This document shows, in pieces, positions 12,067-23,269 of a DNA stretch of 55,467 nucleotides. How positions within the stretch are numbered: position 1 is the stretch's first letter; each line of letters begins with the position of its first letter. Both the position numbers and the translations under genes were made by a program. The DNA lies in the NCBI RefSeq assembly GCF_001194135.2, contig NC_068986.1, forward strand, positions 62,284,875 to 62,340,341. Reading direction: 5' to 3'. Source of the stretch: Octopus bimaculoides (lineage: Eukaryota). The notes beneath the pieces are model-generated. The model was not told the origin of the DNA, ran no database searches, and saw only the letters and a list, made by a program, of their open reading frames with translations.

Positions 12067-14024
12067 ATAGGGTCACCCACCTGTGAAAGCAGTAATTAAT
12101 GCAAGTAGTCAACATCTAGAAAGCTCTGAAGAAGCAGTACTAAACAAAGGTCTCAACTTTGTGACAACCATCAAGTGTATTCCATACTTGGTTGGAGATA
12201 ATAGCCCCTATTGACGAGATAGCCATAAAGGTACCAATAGATCAGGGAGATGAACCAAGGTGGAAAATGAAACAGGTACTGGAAAAAGCAAAACTTCCCA
12301 AACCAAACATCACTAAGGAAGAAAAGTTCGTTATCAAAAGACTACAGAGTGATAATTCCATCATAATACTTCCGATGGACAAAGGAAATGCTACAGTGGT
12401 GATGAACAAGTCTGACTACTTGGAAAAATTGGCAAGTCTTATAAGTGATGGTAGCTACAGCAAAGTAAAGAAAGACCCAACTCTGAAAACAGAGAGGAAG
12501 TTGTCACAGATCTTGATCAAAAACAAGGATCACTTTACACCAATGAAGTACAAACAACTGACTCAACACTACAGTAAACTACCACACATGTACGGTCTAC
12601 CTAAGATTCACAAGGATGGTATTCCATTAAGACCTATAGTGAACTGTAGAGGTTCAGCATGTCATCCACTGAGCCACTTCTTTGTGGATATAATCAGTCC
12701 ATTAGCAGGAAAGTCAACATCATATGTGAAGAATTCCACCCATTTCACAGAATTGATCAAGGATACCCCCATTGAATCCAACTAGATGGTGAGTCTAGAT
12801 GTGATAAGTCTGTTCACCAAAGTCCCAACTGGTGAAGCACTATTGGTGATTCAAGAAAAACTAGTGACAGACACCCATCTAAAAGAACGCACTAGTATAC
12901 CAATAAGAAACTTGATGGAAATGTTGAACCTCTGTGTTGAAACTACCTATTTCAGTATAGATACTGATATATATTGACAAGAAGAGGGTTTAGCTATGGG
13001 TTCGCCATTATCACTGATAATAGCCAATATATACATGGAATACTTTGAGAATTTGGCTTTAGGATCAACACTACTAAAACCAACCCTATGGCTGCGATAT
13101 GTTGATGACACCTTTATTCTCTGCCCCCACCAGGAAGATGTCCAAGTGCTGTTAGATCATGTGAACACAATAAAGCTATCCATATAGTTCACAATGGAAA
13201 AGGAAAAAGACAATCAGCTAGCATTCCTGGACGTATTAATAACACGTACCAAGTATGGATTCAGGACATCTGTATACCACAAACTGACCTTCATTGGACA
13301 ATACCTTAACTTCAATTACCACCATCCATACAGTGTAAAGAGAGGAATTGCTCAGTGCCTAAAACATCAAGTAAAGAATATAAGTAGCGATCGTGATACC
13401 CACCACGAAGAAATGATCAAGCTCAGTAACAATCTATTAAGCAACAACTATCTCAAAAACATACTATCTACTCCAATTATGAAGAAAAGAGATGATGAAA
13501 CCAATAGACTGTCTACAGAATGTCTACCCTATGTGAAAGGCCTCTCTGAAAAGATACGAAAGATATGTGGCCCATATGATATCAGAACAGTATTCAAGAG
13601 TAATACAACACTTCGCAAATATCTCCTTTGGGTAAAACCACCAATAGAAGAGAATATGACCAAAAACTGCATGCACTCCATCCCATGCAGCTGTGGTAGG
13701 TTATACAAAGGCGAAACATGCTGCCCTCTCAAAATAAGAGTAAAAGAACGTCGCAAAGCTATGACACGAGGAGATATTGATAAATCGGGTATAGCTGATC
13801 ATGTATGGAAAAATGGAGACCACCTCCCCCTATGGGATGAAGTCAAAATAATAGAGAACACCACTGGAAAATACGAAAACTACAAGAAGCAGCGCATATG
13901 CTAGGACACAACAACCTCCTAAGTAGACTGAGTGCAAATATGAATAGCATATGGGAACCGGTATTAAGGAAGGATAGGAAAATATTAGATTTATAAGCCC
14001 TAAAATTCACTCCATAATTGCCCA

Positions 14025-14097
14025 TGGGCATATGGCATAGTGGTTAAGAGCACGGGCTACTAACCCCAAGATTCTGAATTCGATTCCAGGCAGTGAC
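14025..14097 (+). promoter_or_regulatory. tRNA-like Pol III internal promoter inside PLE 3' repeat
   Basis: TGGCATAGTGG fits the A box. ctactaa is an anticodon-like loop and gaattcgattcc is B-box-like at tRNA spacing. No acceptor stem closes, so it is not a functional tRNA. Confidence 0.65.
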
Positions 14098-14175
14098 ATG
14101 AATAATAATAATGATAATAATAACAACATTGAAAAATACCTTAGGAATGAGAACCCAAGTTCGAATTTCCCCCAA

Positions 14176-14221
14176 GACACCTGATGAAGGCTGGAGGGTA
14201 TATCAGCCGAAATGTTATGTT
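14176..14221 (+). ncRNA. Minimal type-I hammerhead ribozyme of the PLE 3' repeat
   Basis: gacac CTGATGA a GGCTG gagggtatat CAGCC GAAA t GTT atgtt. The core and 5-bp stem II are intact; stems III and I carry transitions. Confidence 0.72.
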
Positions 14222-14947
14222 AACAGCAAACAAGATGAGGACAAATATCTGTCAAATGTAAATAATGTAATAAAATAACTATACTGTTGCAAAATCTGTC
14301 TTTCAAGTACATGTAACTAATGAGTTAGGAATGAGTAAAAAAAATTACATGAGTTCATCCACAACTTATATAACCTTTGTTCAAGGTTGCTTCATCAGAA
14401 TAAAGACAATGCCAGAGTGGATCATTGCTACTCGATCTCAAAAATGGGAGTTATACCTGGAAGAGTGTTTTAATACCTTCAATAATACCACAATGTAGAA
14501 ATCCATAGTACAAACTCCTAGTTAATGTCGAAAGTACAAAATCCTTGAACACTTTTAAGGTATGGAAATCAAATTGCACTGCATTTCTGTGAATACATTG
14601 ATTGCAGTTACTATTAACTGTTTTTTTAAGTGATCAGGTTTCATTAATACTCCTGTTAAAAAGTAACAAATGACTCATAACTAAGCCAAACTGTTGCAAC
14701 AAGTACAATATTAGAATAATAAAAATATCTCATTAATATTTAGGTACAAAGGCATGCATGCAGTGAAGTAATCTTTATTGGGAGAAAATTTTTTAAAATG
14801 GTTCGTTGTTATGTTTTAGAATTTCATTATAAGATTTCAATATCATTCTTACTTCCACTGTATTTTCTGGGGTAGTAAGTTATCCTGAATGTCTGGGTGG
14901 CTTGAAAATAAGAGAAAAATATCATTAGTAATATATAAATATAAATA

Positions 14948-15123
14948 TATGAGGGGGTGCTGAAAAGTTCCTGACTTTAAGAGTATCACAAAAGGCCTGG
15001 TTGGAGGACTACTGTGATAAGTGTGTGAATCTGAGAGAGGAATTTGTTGAATAAAATTATAATTGACTGATCCTCCTTTATTTTCTTTTATCCAAAGCCA
15101 GGAACTTTTCAGCACCTCCTTGT
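14948..15123. mobile_element. Mariner-derived MITE (~175 bp)
   Basis: Inverted termini tgagggggtgctgaaaagttcctgacttt and aaagccaggaacttttcagcacctcct, related to the TIR at 8693. Confidence 0.85.
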
Positions 15124-15147
15124 GTGTGTGTGTGTGTGTGTGTGTGT

Positions 15148-15272
15148 GATCATCATTTAATGCCCATTTTCCATGCTGGCATGGGTTGGACAGTTTGACT
15201 GAAAACTGGTAAGCTGGGAGCTGCACCAGGTTTCAATCTGATTTGGCATGGTTTCTACAGCTGGATGCCCTT
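15148..15272 (-). mobile_element. RTE LINE 3' end, running into an assembly gap
   Basis: atcatcatttaatgcccattttccatgctggcatggg...ctggatgccctt. Confidence 0.8.
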
Positions 15273-15347
15273 NNNNNNNNNNNNNNNNNNNNNNNNNNNN
15301 NNNNNNNNNNNNNNNNNNNNNNNNNNNNNNNNNNNNNNNNNNNNNNN
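15273..15347. other. Assembly gap (N)
   Basis: Run of N. Confidence 1.
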
Positions 15348-16390
15348 TAAATATATAAACATATGCATATATCCATACATATATATATGTACATACCTAC
15401 ATCTATATGTATACATACATGCATATATGGGTATAGGACATAAAAAAAACATCAAACACAATGAAAAACGAAAACATAAAAACGAACTTTTTCAAACAAC
15501 GAAAAAAGCAAATAGAGAAACGAGACATGCAACATAAAGAGTATACCCCTTCATCAATTGTCCCTGTTTCATCTACTCTGTGTTTCGAAAGCAAGGACAA
15601 TACGCAACTTCGTTGAAACAATCCTTCCCGCTAAGCAAATTAAATCAAATTTGGGATATTTTGCAAAGGGTGAAAGTGTTAACAAGAACAGGATAGTGAG
15701 AACAAGACAGTAAAAACAAACAGTGAGGGCTGTTGAGCCAAGACGATAGAAAAATTATATATATGAAATTGACATGTTTGTATATCTATTATGTAGATTT
15801 ACATATATCATCCCTTGATGCTGTGTGGACTGAGTTTGTTGTTGACAGGCCACTAATATTAAACTCTAATGGTTGCAAATTAATAACACCAGTTCTCTGT
15901 AGTTACTAAATTTAATGTGTGTATAAACAAAATGGGATTTTTGGGGGATTGGTCAAGACCACACCCCCTACAAGGATCAAAAGTCAAGACTGCTCATAAG
16001 TTTTTCAATGTACAGAAGAATAGGTAAAATTTTGATATTCGTATGTCTTCTACGAAAGTTTATATACACAGACTATTCACACCACACTCATAAAATTAAG
16101 CATGCATTGAATTTTATTCACTTTTATTCATTAAAAATGAATGATTAACAATGCTAGGTTACTGATTAACAATGCTGGGTTACATCACAAGGTGATGAGC
16201 TCAAACATTGCTCATTAATCTGCTTGCTCCAGTTTGTCTTACAAAATCAGTCCAACTTGTTTTTCATAGTGGATGAGAACATATAATAAGTAATACATGC
16301 TAGGTGAGAAAATTACATTTGCAGAAGTTGTTGTTGCTGATGTTTTGCAAACAACTTGCACATGCAAGTGCTACCAGTTGAGAACTCCAC

Positions 16391-19340
16391 ATACCGGAAG
16401 CCAGCAAGTGTATGAGGTCATCAGGAAAGAATGTGCACTGTTTCGGGGCCTACCTCTTGACAGCATCAATACGCACCAGCCCCTCTCACTGATATGACGC
16501 CCCACTTGCTAGATCAAATAGTTATCAAATATAGCTATCGCTCATCATCTCTTTTTAACCAAATCCAGTGGCTAGCCTTTTCCACTGTAGTTTGGATATC
16601 AGTCATGGTGGTATTTACTTTATAATGAGTTAGGCCTAACGATAACAACAGTCGTCTCACATTGTGTCCAACAAACCCTCTACATCTGACTTCGATTGGA
16701 AAATGCTCCGCTATCCAGCCTGTGTCTTCACATTCCTCGAGGAGGTTTACATAATGGTCAATCTTTCGAGCGCAAGTGGCGTCCATGTTATCTTCATGAA
16801 GAACCATTAACTCGACTAGATTCATACCTTTCTTGCTTTCACACCACATTAAAATGTCCGTTTTTTTAGGTAACTGGGATGGGAAAGTGTCCCTGGCACT
16901 CTGGTAAATCTGCAGTCATCTCCCAATAGTCATTCACTTTTCATCACATACTGGAAGCCAGCCAGTGTATGGGGTCATCAGGAGAGAATGTGCGCCGTTT
17001 TGGGACCTACTACTTTTCATCACTCGCAGGAAGTTTGTTGTTCTTCTTGAAATGGATCCACTGTCCTGAGTGCACAAAGGTAACGAAATCTCTAGTTGGT
17101 ACTTTCAACGGTTTTGTTTCACTGTTGCTGAGATCAATTTGGTTCTTTATAACATTGAAGATAACCTTAAGGACCAGGTTGTGTCTCCATGTATACCTGT
17201 TCAATGCTAATGAACAGTTGGAAAGAATATGTTTCAGTGTTCCGACCTTTTCACATTTGCATATATCATTCTCTGAGATGTTTCATCTTACTAGATTTGT
17301 AGGTGATGGCAAAACATCATAGGATGAATGAATCAGAAAACTTAGCCAAGATGTGGTCCACCTCCATATCTCATCCCAACTTATTTTCCTCTCAACAATG
17401 TGTTCCTCCCATCTCATCATCTGTCCTTGTTGAATACATTGGATCAAATGAAGCTCTCTTCTCTCTGCTTCCCTCATTTTGATGCTATTGCTCCACATCA
17501 TACTCCATTCGCTCCACATCATACTCACAAACAGTCTGAACTGATCTGTGCCAAAACCAAGTCCCTTCCAATGATTTTGCATTGCACCTACCATATCTCG
17601 GTGTGTAAGAGAAGACAAGATGTCATCAGTCTCTGCTTCTGCTTTCCACTTTCTGGCTGTTTTCACCTCTGGTGGGTTATGCCTGATTTTCATGTCCTTC
17701 GATTCTCTCAGCATCATCACCGTTTGTACCTTCCTCAGTTTATATATTTCAACTATTGACGCAGCAAGCCTCTTTTATGATACAGAGCTGAATTGTTCAA
17801 CATCCGAGGTAGGCCTAGCCACTAATGAACACATTACATTTTTGTTCAATGATCTGAGCTTGTGACAATACTACCTCATATGTTAAAAGTGGCCATGAAA
17901 GTCACGGATATAAGCCAAACTGCAAGCACCAAATTTTGTATTTACCTGGTAACTTTGAGTTATCAATCGCTGATAATCCAACCTCAGCTTGTTTCATAAT
18001 TTCCATTCCATGACTCCTATCTGAAAATGTTCCAGCATATACTTGCCCCAAGCTCTTGACGGGTTCTTCTTTGATTGTTGGAATGCTTTCTTCAGCTATT
18101 CAAAACTTAAATTCTTTCTGCACTCCCTTAACAAATGTCAGACTATGTGACTTTTTTGCTCTAAACTGCATCCTTGACCACCTCACAAGCTCACCTAGTC
18201 TCAAGAGGGCAGTCTGCATGATTTGCTAATCTGTAGATAAAAGTGCCAATCTGTTGTAATATCTCCAGCTGTAAGCCTCATCTCAAAACTGTCATAATAC
18301 ATCCTCATTATTTTGGTTACTTTGTCTGGAATGTGGAAGTGGTTCATGGCTCTCATCAATAATTTGTGTGGCACCGAGCCATATGCATTAGCTAGGTCAA
18401 GCCATACCACGTTCAGACTTCTCTTGTTCTGTTTGGCATCCTGGATTGCTTTCCAAATTGAAAAACAGTATTCAACACTTCCAGGGATCCCAGGGATTCT
18501 GGCCTTTTGAACAGATTCATCAACATATCTGTAAATATGTCACTGTTCTCCTTGAAAGAATTCCCATAAAAATCTTGCCTTGCATATTTAATAAGGATAT
18601 TGGTCTAAACTGTTTCATAGTCCCTGCATTGGTTTCCTTCAGCAGGTATATGCCTTCTACCTTACACCAATCCTCTATTAGAGTCTCTTTGCACAAGAGC
18701 TGTTGAAGTAGGACAAAGAGCTTCTTTCGTAGATGATTGCAATATTTGTAAACTTTATACGAGATGCCATCACCTCCTGGGGCACTATTAGCTCTAGCTT
18801 TTGTTACAAAATTATTCACCTCTTTCTCCCTGATGTCCCCAATTTGAAATTCAATATCAGGTTCTAAGGGATGCATTAGCCCATGTAGAGGTGGCAGTGG
18901 CTGGTTACAGTGCGGATTGCTGTAGGTTTCTTTGATATAAGCGTCCAATTCTTCTTTCATGCACGATAAAGTGCCACTCTTCAGTTTAGTGAACATTTTC
19001 TTGGGAAACCCATGCGGGTCCTTCAGAAACTGCCCCCCAAGTTCTTTTACTTTCCTTTCGTTACTCATATTGGTGGATATGTCATTGCACAAAGCGGCAT
19101 TTCCTTTTCAAATCGTCATACAGCAGCGCGAGGCCAGGTTTTTCATCTTCTCTAGCATATTTCTATTGCTTTCTTAGGCTGGTCTTTTCCTTCCTCAACT
19201 GTTTCATTTTCCTGATCCTCCTGCTTGGTCCACACTTTCCTTTTACTAATTTGATACTCTCTTTCACTCCAAATAATTCCTTTCCTCTATTGTAAATTGA
19301 GCTTGTTAATTTCCCAGTTTCTCCACTGTAGAGCCTGTCA
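16391..19340 (-). mobile_element. HERO-like (R2 superfamily, REL endonuclease) non-LTR retrotransposon, decayed, RT core deleted
   Basis: ARANSAPGGDGISYKVYK, FRPISLLN, VWLDLANAYGSVPH, RYTWRHNLVL and PIEVRCRGFVG...VEKASHWIWLKR are motifs I associate with the HERO clade. Confidence 0.85.
16948..17011 (-). mobile_element. 64-bp copy of the HERO 3' end inserted into the HERO ORF with a 12-bp TSD
   Basis: acttttcatcac occurs at 16936-16947 and 17012-17023. The insert is about 86% identical to 16391-16454. Confidence 0.85.
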
Positions 19341-19424
19341 TTTTATTAGTTGAACAGATCTATAAGGTATTCTAGTGTTACCACTCTCTTATTTCAAATG
19401 TAATTTATTTCAGACTATAAATGT

Positions 19425-19590
19425 AGATGAGTGATTAAAAAGTTTGCTTTGCAATCACGAAAGCCCCAGGTTTGATCCCACTGCATGGCATTTTGAGCAA
19501 ATGTCTTTACCATTGCTTCAGATTAACTCAAGTCTTGGGAATAAAAATTGCAGAGATAAAAACTGTACAGAAACCCATTGGGTGGATTAT
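19425..19590 (+). mobile_element. Old tRNA-derived SINE fragment
   Basis: ggtttgatcccactgcatggcattttgagcaaatgtcttt is a degenerate version of the 10169 SINE head. Confidence 0.55.
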
Positions 19591-19823
19591 TACCTGTCAC
19601 TCAAAAGTCTAGCTTTGTTTACATATTGTATCACACTGATTCAGCTTGGGAATTACACAAAGGGTTTACATTTCTGTGGAATACTCAGCAATTTACATAT
19701 TCATTTAATGAGTTAAACATTCAGAAAGATGTTAGTGTGTGATTTGAGGGGGATTTAGCTACTCTTTCTAAAATGTTGATTAACCATATAGAGACTTCTT
19801 CATTGGCTTATTTGTTATTGTAG

Positions 19824-19969
19824 TGGTTACATCAAGGAATATGGTGTGAAGAATTAGGTCAGATTTCTGTACCTAAGTTCAAATTGATGAGATTGATGCA
19901 TAGTCAGAACATATGGAGAGATGTAGTATTGCAGAATCATTTAAAGTTCTTGCCATCATGTTATAACAG
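19824..19969 (+). CDS. Candidate host exon, unidentified protein (WLHQGIWCEELGQISVPKFKLMRLMHSQNIWRDVVLQNHLKFLPSCYN)
   Basis: Acceptor ttatttgttattgtag and donor CAG/gtattt. The 146 nt are open in exactly one frame, and the phase-2 end fits the 22514 candidate. Confidence 0.55.
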
Positions 19970-19989
19970 GTATTTTTTTGTTGTATCAA

Positions 19990-22115
19990 TAGGAAAGTCT
20001 GCCAAATGTTGACCTAACTGAGGGACCAACTATTTGAATCAACAGTAGCTTGATAGATAAAGCAATCAAAAATATGAAGAGACTGAAAACCCCTAGCCTG
20101 TCAAGAATCTCTGCTGAGATGCTTAAAATATCTGGTGGTGTAAGATATAGCCTAGTTACCCATATAGTTAATTAAGTTGTCCATCAGGGAGTCACACCCA
20201 ATGATTGGTGTAGCAGCATTATAGTCAACAAAGGCAAAGGTAATGCCTTAGAAAAGAATAATTACAGAGGCATCAAACTACTGGACCAGGTGATGAAAGT
20301 CACAGAAAGGGGCATAGCTCAATTAATGAGGGAGAGAATTAGAGTAGATGAGATGCAGTTTGGATTTGTGCCATGACTGATGATATATTCGTGGTTAGGT
20401 AACTGTAGAAGTACCTAGCCAAAAATAAACCCCTGTATCTGGCTTTTATCAACATGGAGAAAGCCTTTGACAGAGTCCCCTGCCCCTTATCTGGTGATCA
20501 ATGCAGAAGCTAGGGATAGATGAGTGGTTGGTGAGAGATGTACAAACCATAACAAGCAGGGATGCTGTCAGTAAGGTGAAGATTAGCAACGAGTATAGCA
20601 ATGAATTTAGGGTAAAAGTAGGGGTTCACCAAGGATCAGTCCTCAGCCCCCTCTTGTTCATCATACTCCTCCAAGCAATAACAGAAGATTTTAAGACAGG
20701 AGCTCCTCTATGCTGATGACCTTGTTCTTATAGCCAAATTACTACCAGAACTAGAGAAGAAATTTCAGATGTGGAAACAAGGTCTAGAATCAAAAGGCCA
20801 TAGAGTTAATCTAACAAAAACCAAAGTCTTTGTTAGTAGGAGAGTAGACAAACCATAAATCCCTTCAGGTAGATGACCCTACTTGATTTGTAGAAAAGGT
20901 GTAAGTGGAAACTCCATAAGATGTACCTGGTGTAAGCTATGGACACATAAGAGATGCAGCAATAACAGAGGAAGGTTGACAGGGAAAATAGTTTTTGTGT
21001 ATGGAAGGTGCACAGATACAATAAACACTAGAAATGTACTGAAAATAGACCCCATCAAATGCCAGGCGGAAAAACTAGAAGTAGTTGATAGCTTCCATTA
21101 CCTAGGTGACCAAGTCAGTAGCGGGGGTGGATGCTCTGAGAGTGTAGCTGCTAGAATAAGAACAAGCTGGGCAAAGTCCAGAGAGCTCCTACCTCTGATA
21201 GTAACAAAGGGCCTCACTCAGAGTGAAAGGTAGATTGTATAATGCCTGCGTGTGAACAGCCATGCTACATGGCAGGGAAGCATGGGCTGTGACCACTGAG
21301 GACATGCATAGGCTTGAAAGAAATTAAGTTAGTATGCTTCACTGGATGTGTAATGTCAGTGTGCATGCATGACAAAGTGTAAGCATCTTGAAAGAAAAGT
21401 TGGGCATAAGAGGCATCAGATGTAGTGTGCAAGAGAGATGACTGCACTGGTATGGTCATGTGATGCGTATTGATGAGGACAGCTGTGTGAAGAAGTACCA
21501 AATTCTAACTGTGGAGGGAACTTGTAGTAGAGGTAGACCCAGGAAGACATGGGACAAGGTGGTGAAGAATGACCTTCAAATGTTGGGTTCCACAGAACAA
21601 TGACAAGTGACTGAGATCTTTGGAGATATGCTGTACTTGAGAAGACCTGTCAAGCCAAGTGAAATCATAATTGTGGCTGATGCAAGTGTGGCATAACTGG
21701 CATATAAAAAACATCATCAAACATTGGGTTATATGCTGTGCTTGAGAAGACCCATCAAACCAAATGAAATTGTAGTCATGACTAATGTCAGCACCGCGTA
21801 ACTGGAACCTGTGCTGGTGGCACATAAAAAGCACCGTTTGAATGTTGGGCCTCATAGAATGACTGAGATCATTGGTGATATATATTGTGTTTGAGAAGAC
21901 CTGTCAAACCAAGTGAGATCATAGTCATGGCTGATGCAGTTATGCATAATTGACACCCACTACACTCTTGGAGTGGTTAGCATTAGGAAGGGCATTCAGC
22001 CATGGAAACCATGCCAAATCAGATTGGAACCTGGTGCAGTTCCCTAACTTACCAGTTTTCAGTCAAACTGTCTAACCCATGCCAACATGGAAAACGGATG
22101 TTAAATGATGACGAT
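19990..22115 (+). mobile_element. RTE LINE, 5'-truncated, with PHD-like finger in the RT region, tandem-repeat 3'UTR and (GAT)n tail
   Basis: NYRGIKLLDQVMK, DEMQFGFVP, EKAFDRVP, KVGVHQGSVLSPLLF, LYADDLVL, CTWCKLWTHKRC, LEVVDSFHYLGD, MLHGREAWA, and a RGRPRKTW end. Confidence 0.93.
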
Positions 22116-22513
22116 GGACTTCTATCAAGTTTCTTTGTACCAAATTTCACTCAAGGCATTGGTCAACCCAAAGCTATGGTAGAAAACAATTACTCAAAGT
22201 CCCAAAATGAAGCGTATGATATACTCTACCTTAATATGCAGTTTAGATTCTACCAAACTCTATGACAGTCATAAATAGGTAATATAGAGGTTAGCTCACT
22301 GCTATGAACATGAAGGATTGTATAATTGAATTCTTAAATAGATACAAGGCTTCAGATGTGAGGCATGGGTATAGTCAATTATGTTGACCCCTGCCTACTT
22401 ACTTGACTGGTATTTATTTAATCAACTCCAGGTGTATGTTTTGTTTGCTTTCAGTGCACAGTTTAAATACTCTCACAGTATAAAACCTATTATAGGCTGT
22501 CATTTCTCTCAAG

Positions 22514-22595
22514 AGGCAGTCATGCCATTCTACTGTATGAAAGCTTAGAAAAGCTTCCGTACACCTCACTTACAACTGCAGAACATTTTGTAAAG
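22514..22595 (+). CDS. Candidate host exon (R-GSHAILLYESLEKLPYTSLTTAEHFVK) with GC donor
   Basis: Acceptor tcatttctctcaag and donor AAG/gcaaga (or TTT/gtaaag 6 nt upstream, same phase). It is phase-compatible with the candidates at 19824 and 27220. Confidence 0.5.
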
Positions 22596-23269
22596 GCAAG
22601 ATGACATACACAAGAATGTGAAATGCCTTTCTGTTCAAATTACGTTCAATCAACAGTCTCTCACATTTCTTCCAATATCATTCACCTCCTATTTCAACAA
22701 TATCCTAGGTATCCTCCCTGCTCACTGTTTCTTTGTCGACTGAATTCCAACAGATAATTGAGAGAACTTTCATCTTTTTATGATTACTAATTGAGTTTTC
22801 TATGAAATATTTTGGTATTTAGTTTTATTCCTGTTTTGAGTTCAAATTCATCAAGGTTTGATTATGCCTTTCATCTCTTCAGAGTTAATAAAATAAATAT
22901 TAGTCATACACAAGGATCTATTCAATCAACTATATTGATATTCTTATCAAACTTTCTTTGTACAATCAATATCTCATCTCCCCTTCACCTTTTCCACCTT
23001 CTCTTATAATGGGAAGGTTTTGGAACAAGCTAAGGCTGAGAACATTATTGCTTTGATTGCCTAATCTTGATTCTTCAGTGTTTGTGTACGTCTGTCAACC
23101 TTTTACTTTGATGTAGTTTGTCTTTCTTCTCAATCAATTGTACATAATACTAAACTATATACACCTTTTTGAATTAAGAACTCATTATTATAAACCATAA
23201 TTTTGTAATGTAATATCTTTGATGACCAAATAGAAATATCTACTTACATACCCACCTACCCTTTAACAT

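Larger units (their letters stand above)
9763..12072 (-). mobile_element. 5'-truncated inverted copy of Penelope-like element, interrupted by a Dong fragment and a SINE
   Basis: 11026-12072 is the reverse complement (roughly 90-95% by eye) of 13080-14100. 9763-9960 is the reverse complement of the 14120-14270 tail. Confidence 0.9.
12073..14269 (+). mobile_element. Penelope-like retroelement (Penelope/Poseidon type), RT plus GIY-YIG, ORF broken by stops
   Basis: VLNKGLNF, ILPMDKGNATVV, LPHMYGLPKIHKDGIPLRPIV, MVSLDVISLFTKVP, MGSPLS, WLRYVDDTF, FLDVLI, and a GIY-YIG region IPCSCGRLYKGET...IADHVW. Confidence 0.95.

Noticed and set aside
14025-14097. Functional tRNA-Ser(ACT) gene
   Set aside because: No acceptor stem, only 3 bp of anticodon stem, and it is embedded in a retroelement repeat.
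15520-15620. ttgatgaagggg/gaaac motifs on the minus strand as a hammerhead
   Set aside because: The stems do not close; treated as an unclassified repeat.
15940-16390. piggyBac C-terminal Cys-rich remnant
   Set aside because: It needs several frameshifts, and I found no TTAA/TIR pair or catalytic motifs.
16400-16460. GAAAC...CTGATGA in the HERO 3'UTR as a type-II hammerhead
   Set aside because: I could not form stems I-III or place an NUH triplet adjacent to the core.
21625-21950. CRISPR-like repeat-spacer array
   Set aside because: Eukaryotic context, degenerate units, homologous spacers and no cas genes; it is an RTE 3'UTR array.
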